A stretch of DNA of 64,000 nucleotides from the human T2T-CHM13v2.0 reference genome, Homo sapiens: assembly GCF_009914755.1 (NCBI RefSeq), contig NC_060933.1; one strand, given 5' to 3'. The position numbers were made by a program, and so were the translations under genes. Below the pieces are notes generated by a model. That model saw nothing but the letters and a program-made list of their open reading frames with translations. It did not search any database and was not told the DNA's origin. This document shows positions 37,701 to 53,500 of the stretch, in pieces; positions within the stretch are counted from its first letter, which is position 1, and each line of letters begins with the position of its first letter.

Positions 37701-40700
37701 CAGGGGAATGTAATGGAAAGGAATGCAATGGAATGGAATCATCCGGAATGGAATGGAATGGAATGGAATGGAATGGAATGGAATCAACCCGAGTGCAATG
37801 GAATGGAGTGTTATGGAATGGAATGGAATGGAACAACCCGAATGGAATGGAATGTAATGGAGAGTAAGGGAGTTGAATAGAATCAATCGGAATGTAATGG
37901 AATGGAATGCAACGGAATGGAATGGAATGGAATGGAATGGAATGGAATGGAATGGAATGCAAAGGAATGGAATCAACCCGAGTGGAATGGCATGGAATGG
38001 AATGCAATGGAATGGAATGGAATGGAATCAACTCGAATGGAAAGGAATGGAATGGAATGGAAAGAGATGGAATGAAATCAACTCGAGTGGAATGAAATGG
38101 AATGGATTGGAATGGATTGCAATGGAATGAAATGGAATGGAATGGAATGGAATGGAATGGAATGCAATGGAATGGAATCATCCGGAATGGAATGGAATGG
38201 AATGGAATCAACTCCATTGCAATGGAATGGAATGGAATGGAATGGAATAGAATGGAATGGAATTAACCCAAATAGAATGGAATGCAATAGAATGGAATGG
38301 AACGGAACCGAATGGAATGGAATGGAATGGAATGGAATCAAACCGAGTGCAATGGAATGGAGTGGAATGGAATGGAATGGAATGGAACAACCCGAATGGA
38401 ATGTAATGTAATGGAGACTAAGGGAGATGAATAGTATCAATCCGAATGTAATGGAATGGAATGGAACGGAATGGAATTGAATGGAATGGAATGGAATGCA
38501 ATGGAATGGAATGAACCCGAGTGCAATGGAATGGAGAGGAATGGAATGGAATGGAATGGAAACTACCCGAATGGAATGGAATGTAATGGAGTGTAAGGGA
38601 ATTGAATAGAATCAATCCGAATGTAATGGAATGGAATGAAACGGAATGGAACGGAATGGAATGGAATGGAATGGAATGCAATGGAATGGAATCAACCCGA
38701 GTGCAATCGAATGGAATCGAATGGAATGGAATGCAATGGAATGGATTCAACTTGAATGGAATGGAAAGAATGGAATCAACACGAGTGGAAGGGCATGGAT
38801 TGGAATGCAATGGAATGGAATCAACCCGAGTACAAGGGAATGGAATGGAATGGAATGCAATGGAATGGAATCATCCGTAATGGAATGGAAAGGAATGGAA
38901 TGGAATGGAATGGAATGGAATGGAATGGAATGGAATCAACTCGATTGCAATCGAATGGAATGGAATGGAATTAACCCGAATAGAATGGAATGGAATGGAA
39001 TGGAACGTAACGGAACGGAATGGAATGGAATGGAATGGAATCGAATGGAATGGAATGGAATGGAATCAACCCGAGTGGAATGGCATGGAATGGAATGCAA
39101 TGGAATGGAATGGAATGGAATGGCATGGTTCGGAATAGAATGGATTGGAACAAAATGGAATGGAATGGAATGGAATGGAATGGAATGGAATGGAATAGAA
39201 TGGAATGGAATGGAATCAAGTCGATTGCAGTGGAATAGAATGGAATGGAATGGAACGGATTGGAATGGAATGGAATGGAATGGAATGGAATGGAATTAAA
39301 TGGAATGGAAAGGCATGGAATCAACCCGAGTGCAGGGGAAAGGAATGGAATGGAATGCAATGGAATGGAATGGAATGGAATGGAATGTAATGGAATGGAA
39401 TCAACCAGAGTGGAATGGCATGGAATGGAATGCAATGGAATGGAATGGAATGGAATCAACTCGAGTGGAAACGAATGGAATGGAATGGAAAGGAATGGAA
39501 TGAAATCAACTCGAGTGGAATGGAATATAATGGAATGGATTGGAATGGATTGTAATGGAATGAAATGGAATGGAATGGAATGGAATCAATCATTCCGAGT
39601 GGAATGGAAGGGAATGTAATGGAGTGGAAAGAAGGGAATGGAATCAACCCGAGTGGAATTCAAGGCAATGGAATGGAATGGAAAGGAATGGAATGGAATC
39701 AACTCGATTGCAATGGAATGGAATAGAATGGAATGGAATGGAAAGGAATGGAATGGAATGAAATGGGATGGAATGGAATGCAATGGAATGGAATCAACCC
39801 GAGTGCAATCGAATGGAATCGAATGGAATGGAATGCAATGGAATGGATTCAACTTGAATGGAATGGAAAGAATGGAATCAACACGAGTGGAATGGCATGG
39901 ATTGGAATGGAATGGAATGGAATCAACCCGAGTACAGGGGAATGGAATGGAATGGAATGCAATGGAATGGAATCATCCGTAATGGAATGGAAAGGAATGG
40001 AATGGAATGGAATGGAATGGAATGGAATGGAATCAACTCAATTGCAATCGAATGGAATGGAATGCAATTAACCCGAATAGAATGGAATGGAATGGAATGG
40101 AACGGAACGGAACGGAACGGAATGGAATGGAATGGATTGGAATGGAACGGAAAGGAATGGAATGGAATGGAATGGAATGGAATGGAATGGAATCAACGCG
40201 AGTGCAGGGGAATGGAATGTAATGGAATGTAATGGAATGGAATCTTCCGGAATGGAATGGAATGGAAAGGAATCAACCCGAGTGCAATGGAATGGAGTGG
40301 AATGGAATGGAATGGAATGAAACAACCCGAATGGAATGGAATGTAATGGAGAGTAAGGGAGTTGAATAGAATCAATCCGAATGTAATGGAATGGAATGCA
40401 ACGGAATGGAATGGAATGGAATGGAATGGAATGGAATGGAATGGAATGGAATGGAATGGAATGCAAAGGAATGGAATCAACCCGAGTGGAATGGCATGGA
40501 ATGGAATGCAATGGATTGGAATGGAATGGAATCAACTCGAGTGGAAAGGAATGGAATGGAATGGAAAGGAATGGAATGGAATGGAAATGAATGGAATGAA
40601 GTCAACTCGAGTGGAATGGAATGGAATGGAATGGATTGGAATGGATTGCAATGGAATGCAATGGAATGGAATGGAATGGAATCAATCATGGAAGGGAAAG

Positions 40701-43700
40701 TAATGGAGTGGAAAGAAGGGAATGGAATCAACCCGAGTGGAATGCAAGGCAATGGAATGGAATGGAAAGGAATGGAATGGAATCAACTCGATTGCAATGG
40801 AATGGAATGGAATGGAATGGAATGGAATGGAATTAACCGGAAGAGAATGGAATGGAATGGAATGGAACGGAATGGAATGGAATGGAAGGGAATGGAATCA
40901 ACACGAGTGCAGGGGAATGGAATGTAATGGAATGCAATGGAATGGAATCATCCGGAATGGAATGGGATGGAATGGAATCAACTCCATTGCAATGGAATGG
41001 AATGGAATGGAATGGAATAGAATGGAATGGAATTAACCCGAATAGAATGGAATGCAATAGAATGGAATGCAACAGAACCGAATGGAGTGGAATGGAATGG
41101 AATGGAATCAACCCGAGTAGAGGGGAATGGAATGGAATGCAATGGAATGGAATGGAATGGAATGGAATGGAATGGAATGGAATGCAATGGAATGGAATCA
41201 ACCCGAGTGCAATCTAATGGAATCGAATGGAATGGAATGCAATGGAATGGATTCAACTTGAATGGAATGGAAAGAATGGAATCAACACGAGTGGAAGGGC
41301 ATGGATTGGAATGCAATGGAATAGAATCAACCCGAGTACAGGGGAATGGAATGGAATGGAATGCAATGGAAAGGAATCATCCGTAATGGAATGGAAAGGA
41401 ATGGAATGGAATGGAATGGAATCAACCCGAGTTCAATGCAATGGAATGGAATGGAATGGAATGGAATGGAATGGAATGGAATGGTATGGAATGGAATGGA
41501 ATGGTACGGAATAAAATGGAATGGAACGAATTGTAATGGAATGGAATGGAATGGAATGGAATGGAATGGAATGGAATGGAATGGAATGGAATCAACGCGA
41601 GTGCAAGGGAATGCAATGGAACGGAATGCAATGGAATGGAATCATCCGGAATGGAATGGAATGGAATGGAATGGAATCAACCCGAATGCAATGGAATGGA
41701 GTGGAATGGAATGGAATGGAATGGAACAACCCGAATGGAATGGAATGTAATGGAGAGTAAGGGAGTTGAAAAGAATCAATCCGAATGTAATGGAATGGAA
41801 TGCAACGGAATGGAATGGAATGGAATGGAATGGAATGGAATGGAATGCAATGGAATGGAATCAACCCGAGTTCAATGCAATGGAATGGAATGGAATGGAA
41901 TGGAAAGGAATGGAATGGAATGGAATGGAATGGAGTGGAATTGAATGGAATGGAATGCTTTCAAACCGAATGGAATGGAAAGGAATGGAATCAACACGGG
42001 TGGAATGGAATGGAATGGAAAGGAATGGAATGGAATGGAATGGTACGGAATACAATGGAATGGAACGAAATGGAATGGAATGGAATGGAATGGAATGGAA
42101 TGGAATAGAATCGTTCCGAGTGGAATAGGAGGGAATGTATTCGAGTGGAATGGCAGGGAATGGAATCAACCAGAGTGGAATAGAAGGGAATGGAATGGAA
42201 TGGAAACTAATAGAATGGAATCAACCCGAGTGGAATGGAATGGAAAGGACTGGAATGGAATGGAATGGAATGGAATGGAATGGAATGGAATCAACTCGAT
42301 TGTAATGGATTGGAATGCAATGGAATGGAATGGAATGGAATGGAATGGAATTAACCCGAATAAAACGGAATGGAATGGAATGGAATGGAATGGAGTGGAA
42401 TGGAATGGAATCAACCCGAGTGCAGGGGAATGGAATGGAATGAAATGCAATGGAATGGAATCATCCGGAATGGAATGGAATGGAATGGAATGCAAAGCAA
42501 TGGAATCAACTCGATTGCAATGGAATGGAATGGAATGGAAAGGAATACATTGGAATCAACCCGAGTGGAATGGAATGGAAAGGACTGGAATGGAGTGGAA
42601 TGGAATGGAATGGAATGGAATGGAATGGAATCAACTCGATTGGAATGGAATGGAATGGAATGGAATGGAATGGAATGGAATGGAATCAACCCGACTGAAG
42701 GGGAATGGAATGGAATGGAATGCAATGGAATGGATTCAACTTGAATGGAATGGAAAGAATGGAATCAACACGAGTGGAATGGCATGGAATGGAATGGAAT
42801 GGAATGGAAACAACCCGAGTACAGGGGAATGGAATGGAATGGAATGCAATGGAATGGAATCATCCGTAATGGAATGGAAAGGAATGGAATGGAATGGAAT
42901 GGAATGGAATGGAATGGAATGGAATGGAATTAACCCGAATAGAATGGAATGGAATGGAATGGAACGGAATGGAACGGAATGGAATGGAACGGAATGGAAT
43001 GGAACGGAACGGAACGGAACGGAATGGAATGGAATGAAATGGAATGTATTGGAACGGAAAGGAATGGAATGGAACGGAATGGAATGGAATGGAATGGAAT
43101 GGAATCAACGCGAGTGCAGGGGAATGGAATGTAATGGAATGCAATGGAATGGAATCTTCCGCAATGGAATGGAATGGAATGGAATGGAATCAACCCGAGT
43201 GCAATGGAATGGAGTGGAATGGAATGGAATGGAATGGAACAACCCGAAAGGAATGCAATGGAATGGAGAGTAAGGGAGTTGAATAGAATCAATCCGAATG
43301 TAATTGAATGGAATGCAACGGAATGGAATGGAATGGAATGGAATGGAATGCAATGGAATGGAATCAACCCGAGTACAATGGAATGGAATGGAATGGAATG
43401 GAATGGAATGGAATGGAATGGAATGGAATGGTATGGAATGGAATGGAATGGATTCAACTTGAATGGAATGGAAAGAATGGAATCAACACGAGTGGAATGG
43501 CATGGATTGGAATGGAATGGAATGGAATCAACCCGATTACAGGGGAATGGAATGGAATGGAATGCAATGGAATGGAATCATCCGTAATGGAATGGAAAAG
43601 AATGGAATGGAATGGAATGGAATGGAATGGAATCAACTCGATTGCAATCGAATGGAATGGAATGGAATTAACCCAAATGGAATGGAATGGAATGGAATGG

Positions 43701-44436
43701 AATGGAACGGAACGAAATGGAATGGAATGGAATGGAATGGAACGGAACGGAACGGAATGGAATGGAATGGAATGGAATGGAATCAATGCGAGTGCAGGGG
43801 ATTGGAATGGAATGGAATGCAATGGAATGGAATCTTCCGGAATGGAATGGAATGGAATGGAATGGAATGGAATGGAATGAAATGCAATGGATTCAACTCG
43901 ATTGCAATGGAATGGAATAGAATGGAATGGAATGGAATGGAATGGAATGAACCCGAATAGAATGGAATGGAATGCAATGCAACGGAATGGAACGGAATGG
44001 AATGGAATGGAATGAAATGGAATGGTATGGAATGGAATGGAATGGTACGGAATAGAATGGAATGGAACGAATTGTAATGGAATGGAATTGAATGGAATGG
44101 AATGGAATCAACGCGAGTGCAGGGGAATGTAATGGAACGGAATGCAATGGAATGGAATCATCCGGAATGGAATGGAATGGAATGGAATGGAATGGAATGG
44201 AATCAACCCGAGTGCAATGGAATGGAGTGGAATGGAAGGGAATGGAATGGAAAACACGAATGGAATGGAATGTAATGGAGAGTAAGGGAGTTGAATAGAA
44301 TCAATCTGAATGTAATGGAATGCAACGGAATGGAATGGAATGGAATGGAATGGAATGCAATGGAATGGAATCAACCCGAGTACAATGGAATGGAATGGAA
44401 TGGAATGGAATGGAATGGAATGGAATGGAATGGAAT

Positions 44437-47400
44437 CAACACGATTGCAATCGAATGGAATGGAATGGAATTAACCCGAATAGAATGGAATGGAATGGAA
44501 TGGAACGGAACGGAATGGAATGGATTGGAATGGAATGGAATGGAATGGAATGGAATCAACGCGAGTGCAGGGGAGTGGAATGGAATGGAATGCAATGGAA
44601 TGGAATATTCCGGAATGGAATGGAATGGAATGGAATGGAATGAAATGCAGTGGATTCAACTCGATTGCAATGGAATGGAATAGAATGGAATGGAATGGAA
44701 TGGAATGGAATTAACCCGAATAGAATGGAATGGAATGGAACGGAATGGAACGGAATGGAATGGAATGGAATGGAATGGAATGGTATGGAATGGAATGGAA
44801 TGGTACGGAATAGAATGGAATGGAACGAATTGTAATGGAATGGAATTGAATGGAATGGAATGGAATGGAATCAACGCGAGTGCAGGGGAATGTAATGGAA
44901 CGGAATGCAATGGAATGGAATCATCCGGAATGGAATGGAAAGGAATGGAATGGAATGGAATCAACCCAAGTGCAATGGAATGGAGTGGAATGGAATGGAA
45001 TGGAATGGAACAACCCGAATGGAATGGAATGTAATGGACAGTAAGGGAGTTGAATAGAATCAATCCGAATGTAATGGAATGGAATGCAACGGAATGGAAT
45101 GGAATGGAATGGAATGGAATGGAATGCAAAGGAATGGAATCAACCCGAGTGGAATGGCATGGAATGGAATGCAATAGAATGGAATGGAATGGAATCAACT
45201 CGAGTGGAAATGAATGGAATGGAATGGAAAGGAATGGAATGAAGTCAACTCGAGTGGAATGGAATGGAATGGAATGGATTGGAATGGATTGCAATGGAAT
45301 GAAATGGAATGGAAGGGAATGGAATCAATCATTCCGAGTGGAATGGAAGGGAATGTAATAGAGTGGAAAGAAGGGAATGGAGTCAACCCGAGTGGAATGC
45401 AAGGCAATGGAATGGAATGGAAAGGAATGGAATGGAATCAACTCGATTGCAATGGAATGGAATGGAATGGAATGGAATTAACCGGAATAGAATTTAATGG
45501 AATGGAATGGAACGGAATGGAATGGAATGGAAGGGAATGGAATCAACACAAGTGCAGGGGAATGGAATGGAATGGAATGCAATGGAATGGAATCATCCGG
45601 AATGGAATGGAATGGAATGGAATCAACTCCATTGCAATGGAATGGAATGGAATGGAATGGAATAGAATGGAATGGAATTAACCCGAATAGAATGGAATGC
45701 AATAGAATGGAATGCAACGGAACCGAATGGAGTGGAATGGAATGGAATGGAATGGAATGGAATGGAATGGAATGGAATCACCTCGATGGCAATCGAATGG
45801 AATGGAATGGAATTAACCCGAATAGAATGGAATGGAATGGAATGGAACGGAACGGAATGGAATGGAATGTAATGGAATGGAATGGAACGGAACGGAATGG
45901 AATGGAATGGAACGGAATGAAATCAACGCGAGTGCAGGGGAATGGAATGGAATGGAATGCAATGGAATGGAATCTTCCGGAATGGAATGGAATGGAATGG
46001 AATGGAATGGAATCAACACGATTGCAATCGAATGGAATGGAATGGAATTAACCCGAATAGAATGGAATGGAATGGAATGGAACGGAACGGAATGGAATGG
46101 ATTGGAATGGAATGGAATGGAATGGAATGGAATCAACGCGAGTGCAGGGGAATGGAATGGAATGGAATGCAATGGAATGGAATATTCCGGAATGGAATGG
46201 AATGGAATGGAATGGAATGAAATGCAGTGGATTCAACTCGATTGCAATGGAATGGAATAGAATGGAATGGAATGGAATGGAATGGAATTAACCCGAATAG
46301 AATGGAATGGAATGGAACGGAATGGAACGGAATGGATTGGAATGGAATGGAATGGAATGGTATGGAATGGAATGGAATGGTACGGAATAGAATGGAATGG
46401 AACGAATTGTAATGGAATGGAATTGAATGGAATGGAATGGAATGGAATCAACGCGAGTGCAGGGGAATGTAATGGAACGGAATGCAATGGAATGGAATCA
46501 TCCGGAATGGAATGGAAAGGAGTGGAATGGAATGGAATCAACCCAAGTGCAATGGAATTGAGTGGAATGGAATGGAATGGAATGGAACAACCCGAATGGA
46601 ATGGAATGTAATGGACAGTAAGGGAGTTGAATAGAATCAATCCGAATGTAATGGAATGGAATGCAACGGAATGGAATGGAATGGAATGGAATGGAATGGA
46701 ATGCAAAGGAATGGAATCAACCCGAGTGGAATGGCATGGAATGGAATGCAATGGAATGGAATGGAATTTAATCAACTCGAGTGGAAATGAATGGAATGGA
46801 ATGGAAAGGAATGGAATGAAGTCAACTCGAGTGGAATGGAATGGAATGGAATGGATTGGAATGGATTGCAATGGAATGAAATGGAATGGAATGGAATGGA
46901 ATCAATCATTCCGAGTGGAATGGAAGGGAATGTAATAGAGTGGAAAGAAGGGAATGGAGTCAACCCGAGTGGAATGCAAGGCAATGGAATGGAATGGAAA
47001 GGAATGGAATGGAATCAACTCGATTGCAATGGAATGGAATGGAATGGAATGGAATTAACCGGAATAGAATGGAATGGAATGGAATGGAACGGAATGGAAT
47101 GGAATGGAAGGGAATGGAATCAACACAAGTGCAAGGGAATGGAATGGAATGGAATGCAATGGAATGGAATCATCCGGAATGGAATGGAATGGAATGGAAT
47201 CAACTCCATTGCAATGGAATGGAATGGAATGGAATGGAATAGAATGGAATGGAATTAACCCGAATAGAATGGAATGCAATAGAATGGAATGCAACGGAAC
47301 CGAATGGAGTGGAATGGAATGGAATGGAATGGAATGGAATGGAATGGAATCACCTCGATGGCAATCGAATGGAATGGAATGGAATTAACCCGAATAGAAT

Positions 47401-47590
47401 GGAATGGAATGGAATGGAACGGAACGGAATGGAATGGAATGGAATGGAATGGAATGGAATGGAACGGAACGGAATGGAATGGAATGGAATGGAATGAAAT
47501 CAACGCGAGTGCAGGGGAATGGAATGGAATGGAATGCAATGGAATGGAATCTTCCGGAATGGAATGGAATGGAATGGAATGGAATGAAAG
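44437..47590 (+). repeat. Head-to-tail tandem duplication, 2 x 1577 bp
   Basis: Units begin at CAACACGATTGC (44437 and 46014). Shared GAATATTCCGG, TGCAGTGGATTC, GGACAGTAAG, GTAATAGAGTGG and CACCTCGATGG. Many ORF pairs lie exactly 1577 apart. Confidence 0.95.
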
Positions 47591-50500
47591 GCAATGGATT
47601 CAACTCGATTGCAATGGAATGGAATAGAATGGAATGGAATGGAATGGAATGGAATGGAATTGAATGGAATGGAATGCCTTCAAGCCGAATGGAATGGAAT
47701 GGAATGGAATCAACACGAGTGGAAAGGAATGGAATGGAAAGGAAAGGAATGGAATGGAATGGTATGGAATAGAATGGAATCAAACGAACTGGAATGGAAT
47801 GAAATGGAATGGAATGGAATGGAATGGAATGGAATGGAATCGTTCTGAGTGGAATAGGAGGCAATGTATTCGAGTGGAATGGAAAGGAATGGAATCAACC
47901 AGAGTGGAATGGAAGGGAATGGAATGGAATGGAAACTAATAGAATGGAATCAACCCGAGTGGAAAGGAATGGAAAGGACTGGAATGTAATGGAATGGAAT
48001 GGAATGGAATGGAATGGAATCAACTCGATTGTAATGGAATGGAATGGAATGGAATGGAATGGAATGGAATGGAATTAACCCGAATACAATGGAATGGAAT
48101 GGAATGGAACGGAATGGAGTGGAATGGAATGGAATCAACCCGAGTGCAGGGGAATGGAATGGAATGGAATGCAATGGAATGGAATCATCCGGAATGGAAT
48201 GGAATGGAATGGAATGCAAAGCAACAGAATCAACTCAATTGCAATGGAATGGAATGGAATGGAAAGGAATAGAATTGAATCAACCCGAGTGTAATGGAAT
48301 GGAAAGGACTGGAATGGAGTGGAATGGAGTGGAATGGAATGGTATGGAATCAACTCGATTGGAATGGAATCTAATGGAATGGAATGGAATGGAATCAACT
48401 CGATTTCAATGGAATGGAATGGAATGGAATTAACCCGAATAGAATGGAATGGAATGGAATGGAACGGAATGGAACGGAATGGAATGGAATGGAATGGAAT
48501 GGAATGGAATGGAACGGAAAGGAATGGAATGGAATGGAATGGAATGGAATCAACGCGAGTGCAGGGGAATGGAATGTAATGGAATGCAATGGAATGGAAT
48601 CTTCCGGAATGGAATGAAATGGAATGGAATCAACCCGAGTGCAATGGAATGGAGTGGAATGGAATGGAATGGAATGGAACAACCCGAATGGAATCGAATG
48701 TAATGGAGAGTACGGGAGTTGAATAGAATCAATCCGAATGTAATGGAATGGAATGGAACGGAATGGAATTGAATGGAATGGAATGGAATGCAATGGAATG
48801 GAATCAACCCGAGTGCAATGGAATGGAGAGGAATGGAATGGAATGGAATGGAAACTACCCGAATGGAATGGAATGTAATGGAGTGTAAGGGAATTGAATA
48901 GAATCAATCCGAATGTAATGGAATGGAATGGAACGGAATGGAATGGAATGGAATGGAATGGAATGGAATGGAATCGTTCCGAGTGGAATAGGAGGGAATG
49001 TATTCGAGTGGAATGGAAAGGAATGGTATCAACCAGAGTGGAATGGAAGGGAATGGAATGGAATGGAAACTAATAGAATGGAATCAACCCGAGTGGAATG
49101 GAATGGAAAGGACTGGAATGGAATGGAATGGAATGGAATGGAATCAACTCGATTGTAATGGAATGCAATGGAATGGAATGGAATGGAATGGAGTCAACTC
49201 GATTGTAATGGAATGCAATGGAATGGAATGGAATGGAATGGAATGGAATGGAATGGAATGGAATGGAATTAACCCGAATAAAATGGAATGGAATGGAATG
49301 GAACGGAATGGAGTGGAATGGAATGGAATCAACCCGAGTGCAGGGGAATGGAATGGAATGGAATGCAATGGAATGGAATCATCCGGAATGGAATGGAATG
49401 GAATGGAAGGCAAAGCAATGGAATCAACTCGATTGCAATGGAATGGAATGGAATGGAAAGGAATACATTGGAATCAACCCGAGTGGAATGGAATGGAAAG
49501 GACTGGAATGGAGTGGAATGGAATGGAATGGAATGGAATGGAATCAACTCGATTGGAATGGAATGGAATGGAATGGAATGGAATTAACCCGAATACAATG
49601 GAATGGAATGGAATGGAACGGAATGGATTGGAATGGAATGGAATGGAATGGAATGGAATGGAATTGAATGGAATCAACCCGACTGCAGGGGAATGGAATG
49701 GAATGGAAGGCAATGGAATGGATTCAACTTGAATGGAATGGAAAGAATGCAATCAACCCGAGTGGAATGGCATGGATTGGAATGGAATGGAATGGAATCA
49801 ACCCGAGTACAGGGGAATGGAATGGAATGCAATGCAATGGAATGGAATCATCCGTAATGGAATGGAAAGGAATGGAATGGAATGGAATGGAATGGAATGG
49901 AATGGAATGGAATCAACTCGATTGCAATAGAATGGAATGAAATGGAATTAACCCGAATAGAATGGAATGGAATGGAATGGAACGGAACGGAACGGAATGG
50001 AACGGAACGGAGTGGAATGGAATGGAATGGAATTGTATGGAATGGAATGGCATGGTACGGAATAGAATGGAATGGAAAGAATTGGAATGGAATGGAATCG
50101 AATGGAATGGAATGGAATGGAATGGAATCAACCCGAGTGCAATGGAATGGAGTGGAATGGAATGGAATGGAATGGAACAACCCGAATGGAATGGAATGTA
50201 ATGGAGAGTAAGGGAGTTGAATAGAATCAATCCGAATGTAATGGAATGGAACGGAATGGAATGGAATGGAATGGAATGGAATGGAATGGAATGCAATGGA
50301 ATGGAATCAACCCGAGTACAATGGAACGGAATGGAATGGAATGTAATGGAATGGAATGGAATGGAATGGAATGGAATGGAATGGAATCAACCCGAGTGCA
50401 ATGGAATGGAGAGAAATGGAATGGAATGGAATGGAAACTACCCGAATGGAATGGAATGTAATGGAGCGTAAGGAAATTGAATAGAATCAATCCGAATGGA

Positions 50501-53500
50501 ATGGAATGGAATGGAACGGAATGTAATGGAATGGAATGGAATGCAATGGAATGGAATCAACCAGAGTGCAATCGAATGGAATCGAATGGAATGGAATGCA
50601 ATGGAATGGATTCAACTTGAATGGAAAGGAAAGAATGGAATCAACACGAGTGGAATGGCATGGATTGGAATGGAATGGAATGGAATCAACCCGAGTACAG
50701 GGGAATGGAATGGAATGGAATGCAATAGAATGGAATCATCAGTAATGGAATGGAAAGGAATGGAAAGGACTGGAATGGAATGGAATGTAATGGAATGGAA
50801 TGGAATCAACTCGATTGCAATCGAATGGTATGGAATGGAATGGAATCAACTCGATTGCAATCGAATGGAATGGAATGGAATTAACCCGAATAGAATGGAA
50901 TGGAATGGTATGGAACGGAACGGAATGGAATGGAATGGAATGGAATGGAATGGAATGGAACGGAAAGGAATGGAATGGAATGGAATGGAATGGAATGGAA
51001 TGCAATGGAATCAACACGCGTGCAGGGGAATGGAATGGAATCGAATGGAATGGAAAGGAATGGAATGGAATCAACCCGAGTGCAGGGGAATGTAATGGAA
51101 CGGAATGCAATGGAATGGAATCATCCGGAATGGAATGGAATGGAATCAACCCGAGTGCAATGGAATGGAGTGGAATGGAATGGAATGGAATGGAACAACC
51201 CGAATGGAATGGAATGTAATGGAGAGTAAGGGAGTTGAAAAGAATCAATCCGAATGTAATGGAATGGAATGGAACGGAATGGAATGGAATGGAATGGAAT
51301 GCAATGGAAAGGAATCAACCCGAGTACAATGGAATGGAATGGAATGGAATGGAATGGAATGGAATGCAATGGAATGGAATCTTCCGGAATGGAATGGAAT
51401 GGAATGGAATGGAATGCAATGGATTCAACTCGATTGCAATGGAATGGAATAGAATGGAATGGAATGGAATGGAATGGAATGGAATTAAAACGAATAGAAT
51501 GGAATGGAATGGAATGGAACGGAACAGAACGGAAAGGAACGGAACGGAGTGGAATAGAATGGAATGGAATTGTATGGAATGGAATGGAGTGGTACGGAAT
51601 AGAATGGAATGGAAAGAATTGGAATGGAATGGAATCGAATGGAATGGAATGGAATGGAATGGAATCAACCCGAGTGCAGGGGAATGTAACGGAACGGAAT
51701 GCAATGGAATGGAATCATCCGGAATGGAATGGAATGGAATGGAATGGAATGGAATGGAATGGAATCAACCCGAGCGCAATGGAATGGAGTGGAATGGAAT
51801 GGAATGGAATGGAATGGAACAACCCGAATGGAATGGAATGTAATGGAGAGTAAGGGAGTTGAATAGAATCAATCCGAATGTAATGGAATGGAACGGAATG
51901 GAATGGAATGGAATGGAATGGAATGGAATGGAATGGAATGGAATGGAATGCAATGGAATGGAATCAACCCGAGTACAAAGGAACGGAATGTAATGTAATG
52001 GAATGGAATGGAATCGAATGGAATGGAATGGAATGGAATGGAATCAACCCGAGTGCAATGGAATGGAGAGGAATGGAATGGAATGGAATGCAATGGAATG
52101 GAATCATCCGGAATGGAATGGAATGGAATGGAATGCAAAGCAATGGAATCAACTCGATTGCAATGGAATGGAATGGAATGGAAAGGAATACATTGGAATC
52201 AACCCGAGTGGAATGGAATGGAAAGGACTGGAATGGAATGGAATGGAATGGAATCAACTCGATTGTAATGGAATGGAATGGAATGGAATGGAAAGGAATG
52301 GAATGGAATTAACCCGAATACAATGCAATGCAATGGAATGGAACGGAATGGAGTGGAATGGAACGGAATCAACCCGAGTGCAGGGGAATGGAATGGAATG
52401 GAATGCAATGGAATGGAATCATCCGGAATGGAATGGAACGGAATGGAATGCAAAGCAATGGAATCAACTCGATTGCAATGGAATGGAATGGAATGGAAAG
52501 GAATACATTGGAATCAACCCGAGTGGAATGGAATGGAAAGGACTGGAATGGAGTGGAATGGAATGGAATGGAATGGAATGGAATCAACTCGATTGGAATG
52601 GAGTGGAATAGAATGGAATGGAATGGAATGGAATCAACTCGATTGGAATGGAATGGAATGGAATGGAATGGAATGGAATGGAATGGAATTAACCCGAATA
52701 GAATGGAATGGAATGGAATGGAACGGAACGGAAAGGAATGGAATGGAATGGAATGGAATGGAATGGAATCAACCCGACAGCAGGGGAATGGAATGGAATG
52801 GAATGGAAACAACCCGACTGCAGGGGAATGGAATGGAATGGAATGCAAAGGAATGGATTCAACTTGAATGAAATGGAAAGAATGGAATCAACACGAGTGG
52901 AATGGCATGGATTGGAATGGAATGGAATGGAATCAACCCGAGTACAAGGGAATGGAATGGAATGGAATGCAATGGAATGGAATCATCCGTAATGGAATGG
53001 AAAGGAATGGAATGGAATGGAATGGAATGGAATGGAATCAAGTCGATTGCAATCGAACGGAATGGAATGGAATTAACCCGAATAGAATGGAATGGAATGG
53101 AATGGAACGGAACGGAACGGAATGGAATGGATTGGAATGGAATGGAATGGAATGGAACGGAAAGGAATGGAATGGAATGTAATGGAATGGAATGGAATGG
53201 AATCAAAGCTAGTGCAGGGGAATGGAATGGAATGGAATGGAATGCAATGGAATGGAATCTTCCGGAATGGAATGGAATGGAATGGAATGGAATGGAATGG
53301 AATGGAATGGAATGGAATAAACCCGAGTGCAATGGAACGGAGTGGAATGGAATGGAATGGAATGGAACAACCCGAATGGAATGGAATGTAATGGAGAGTA
53401 AGGGAGTTGAATAGAATCAATCCGAATGTAATGGAATGGAATGGAACGGAATGGAATTGAATGGAATGGAATGGAATGGAATGGAATCAACCCGAGTTCA

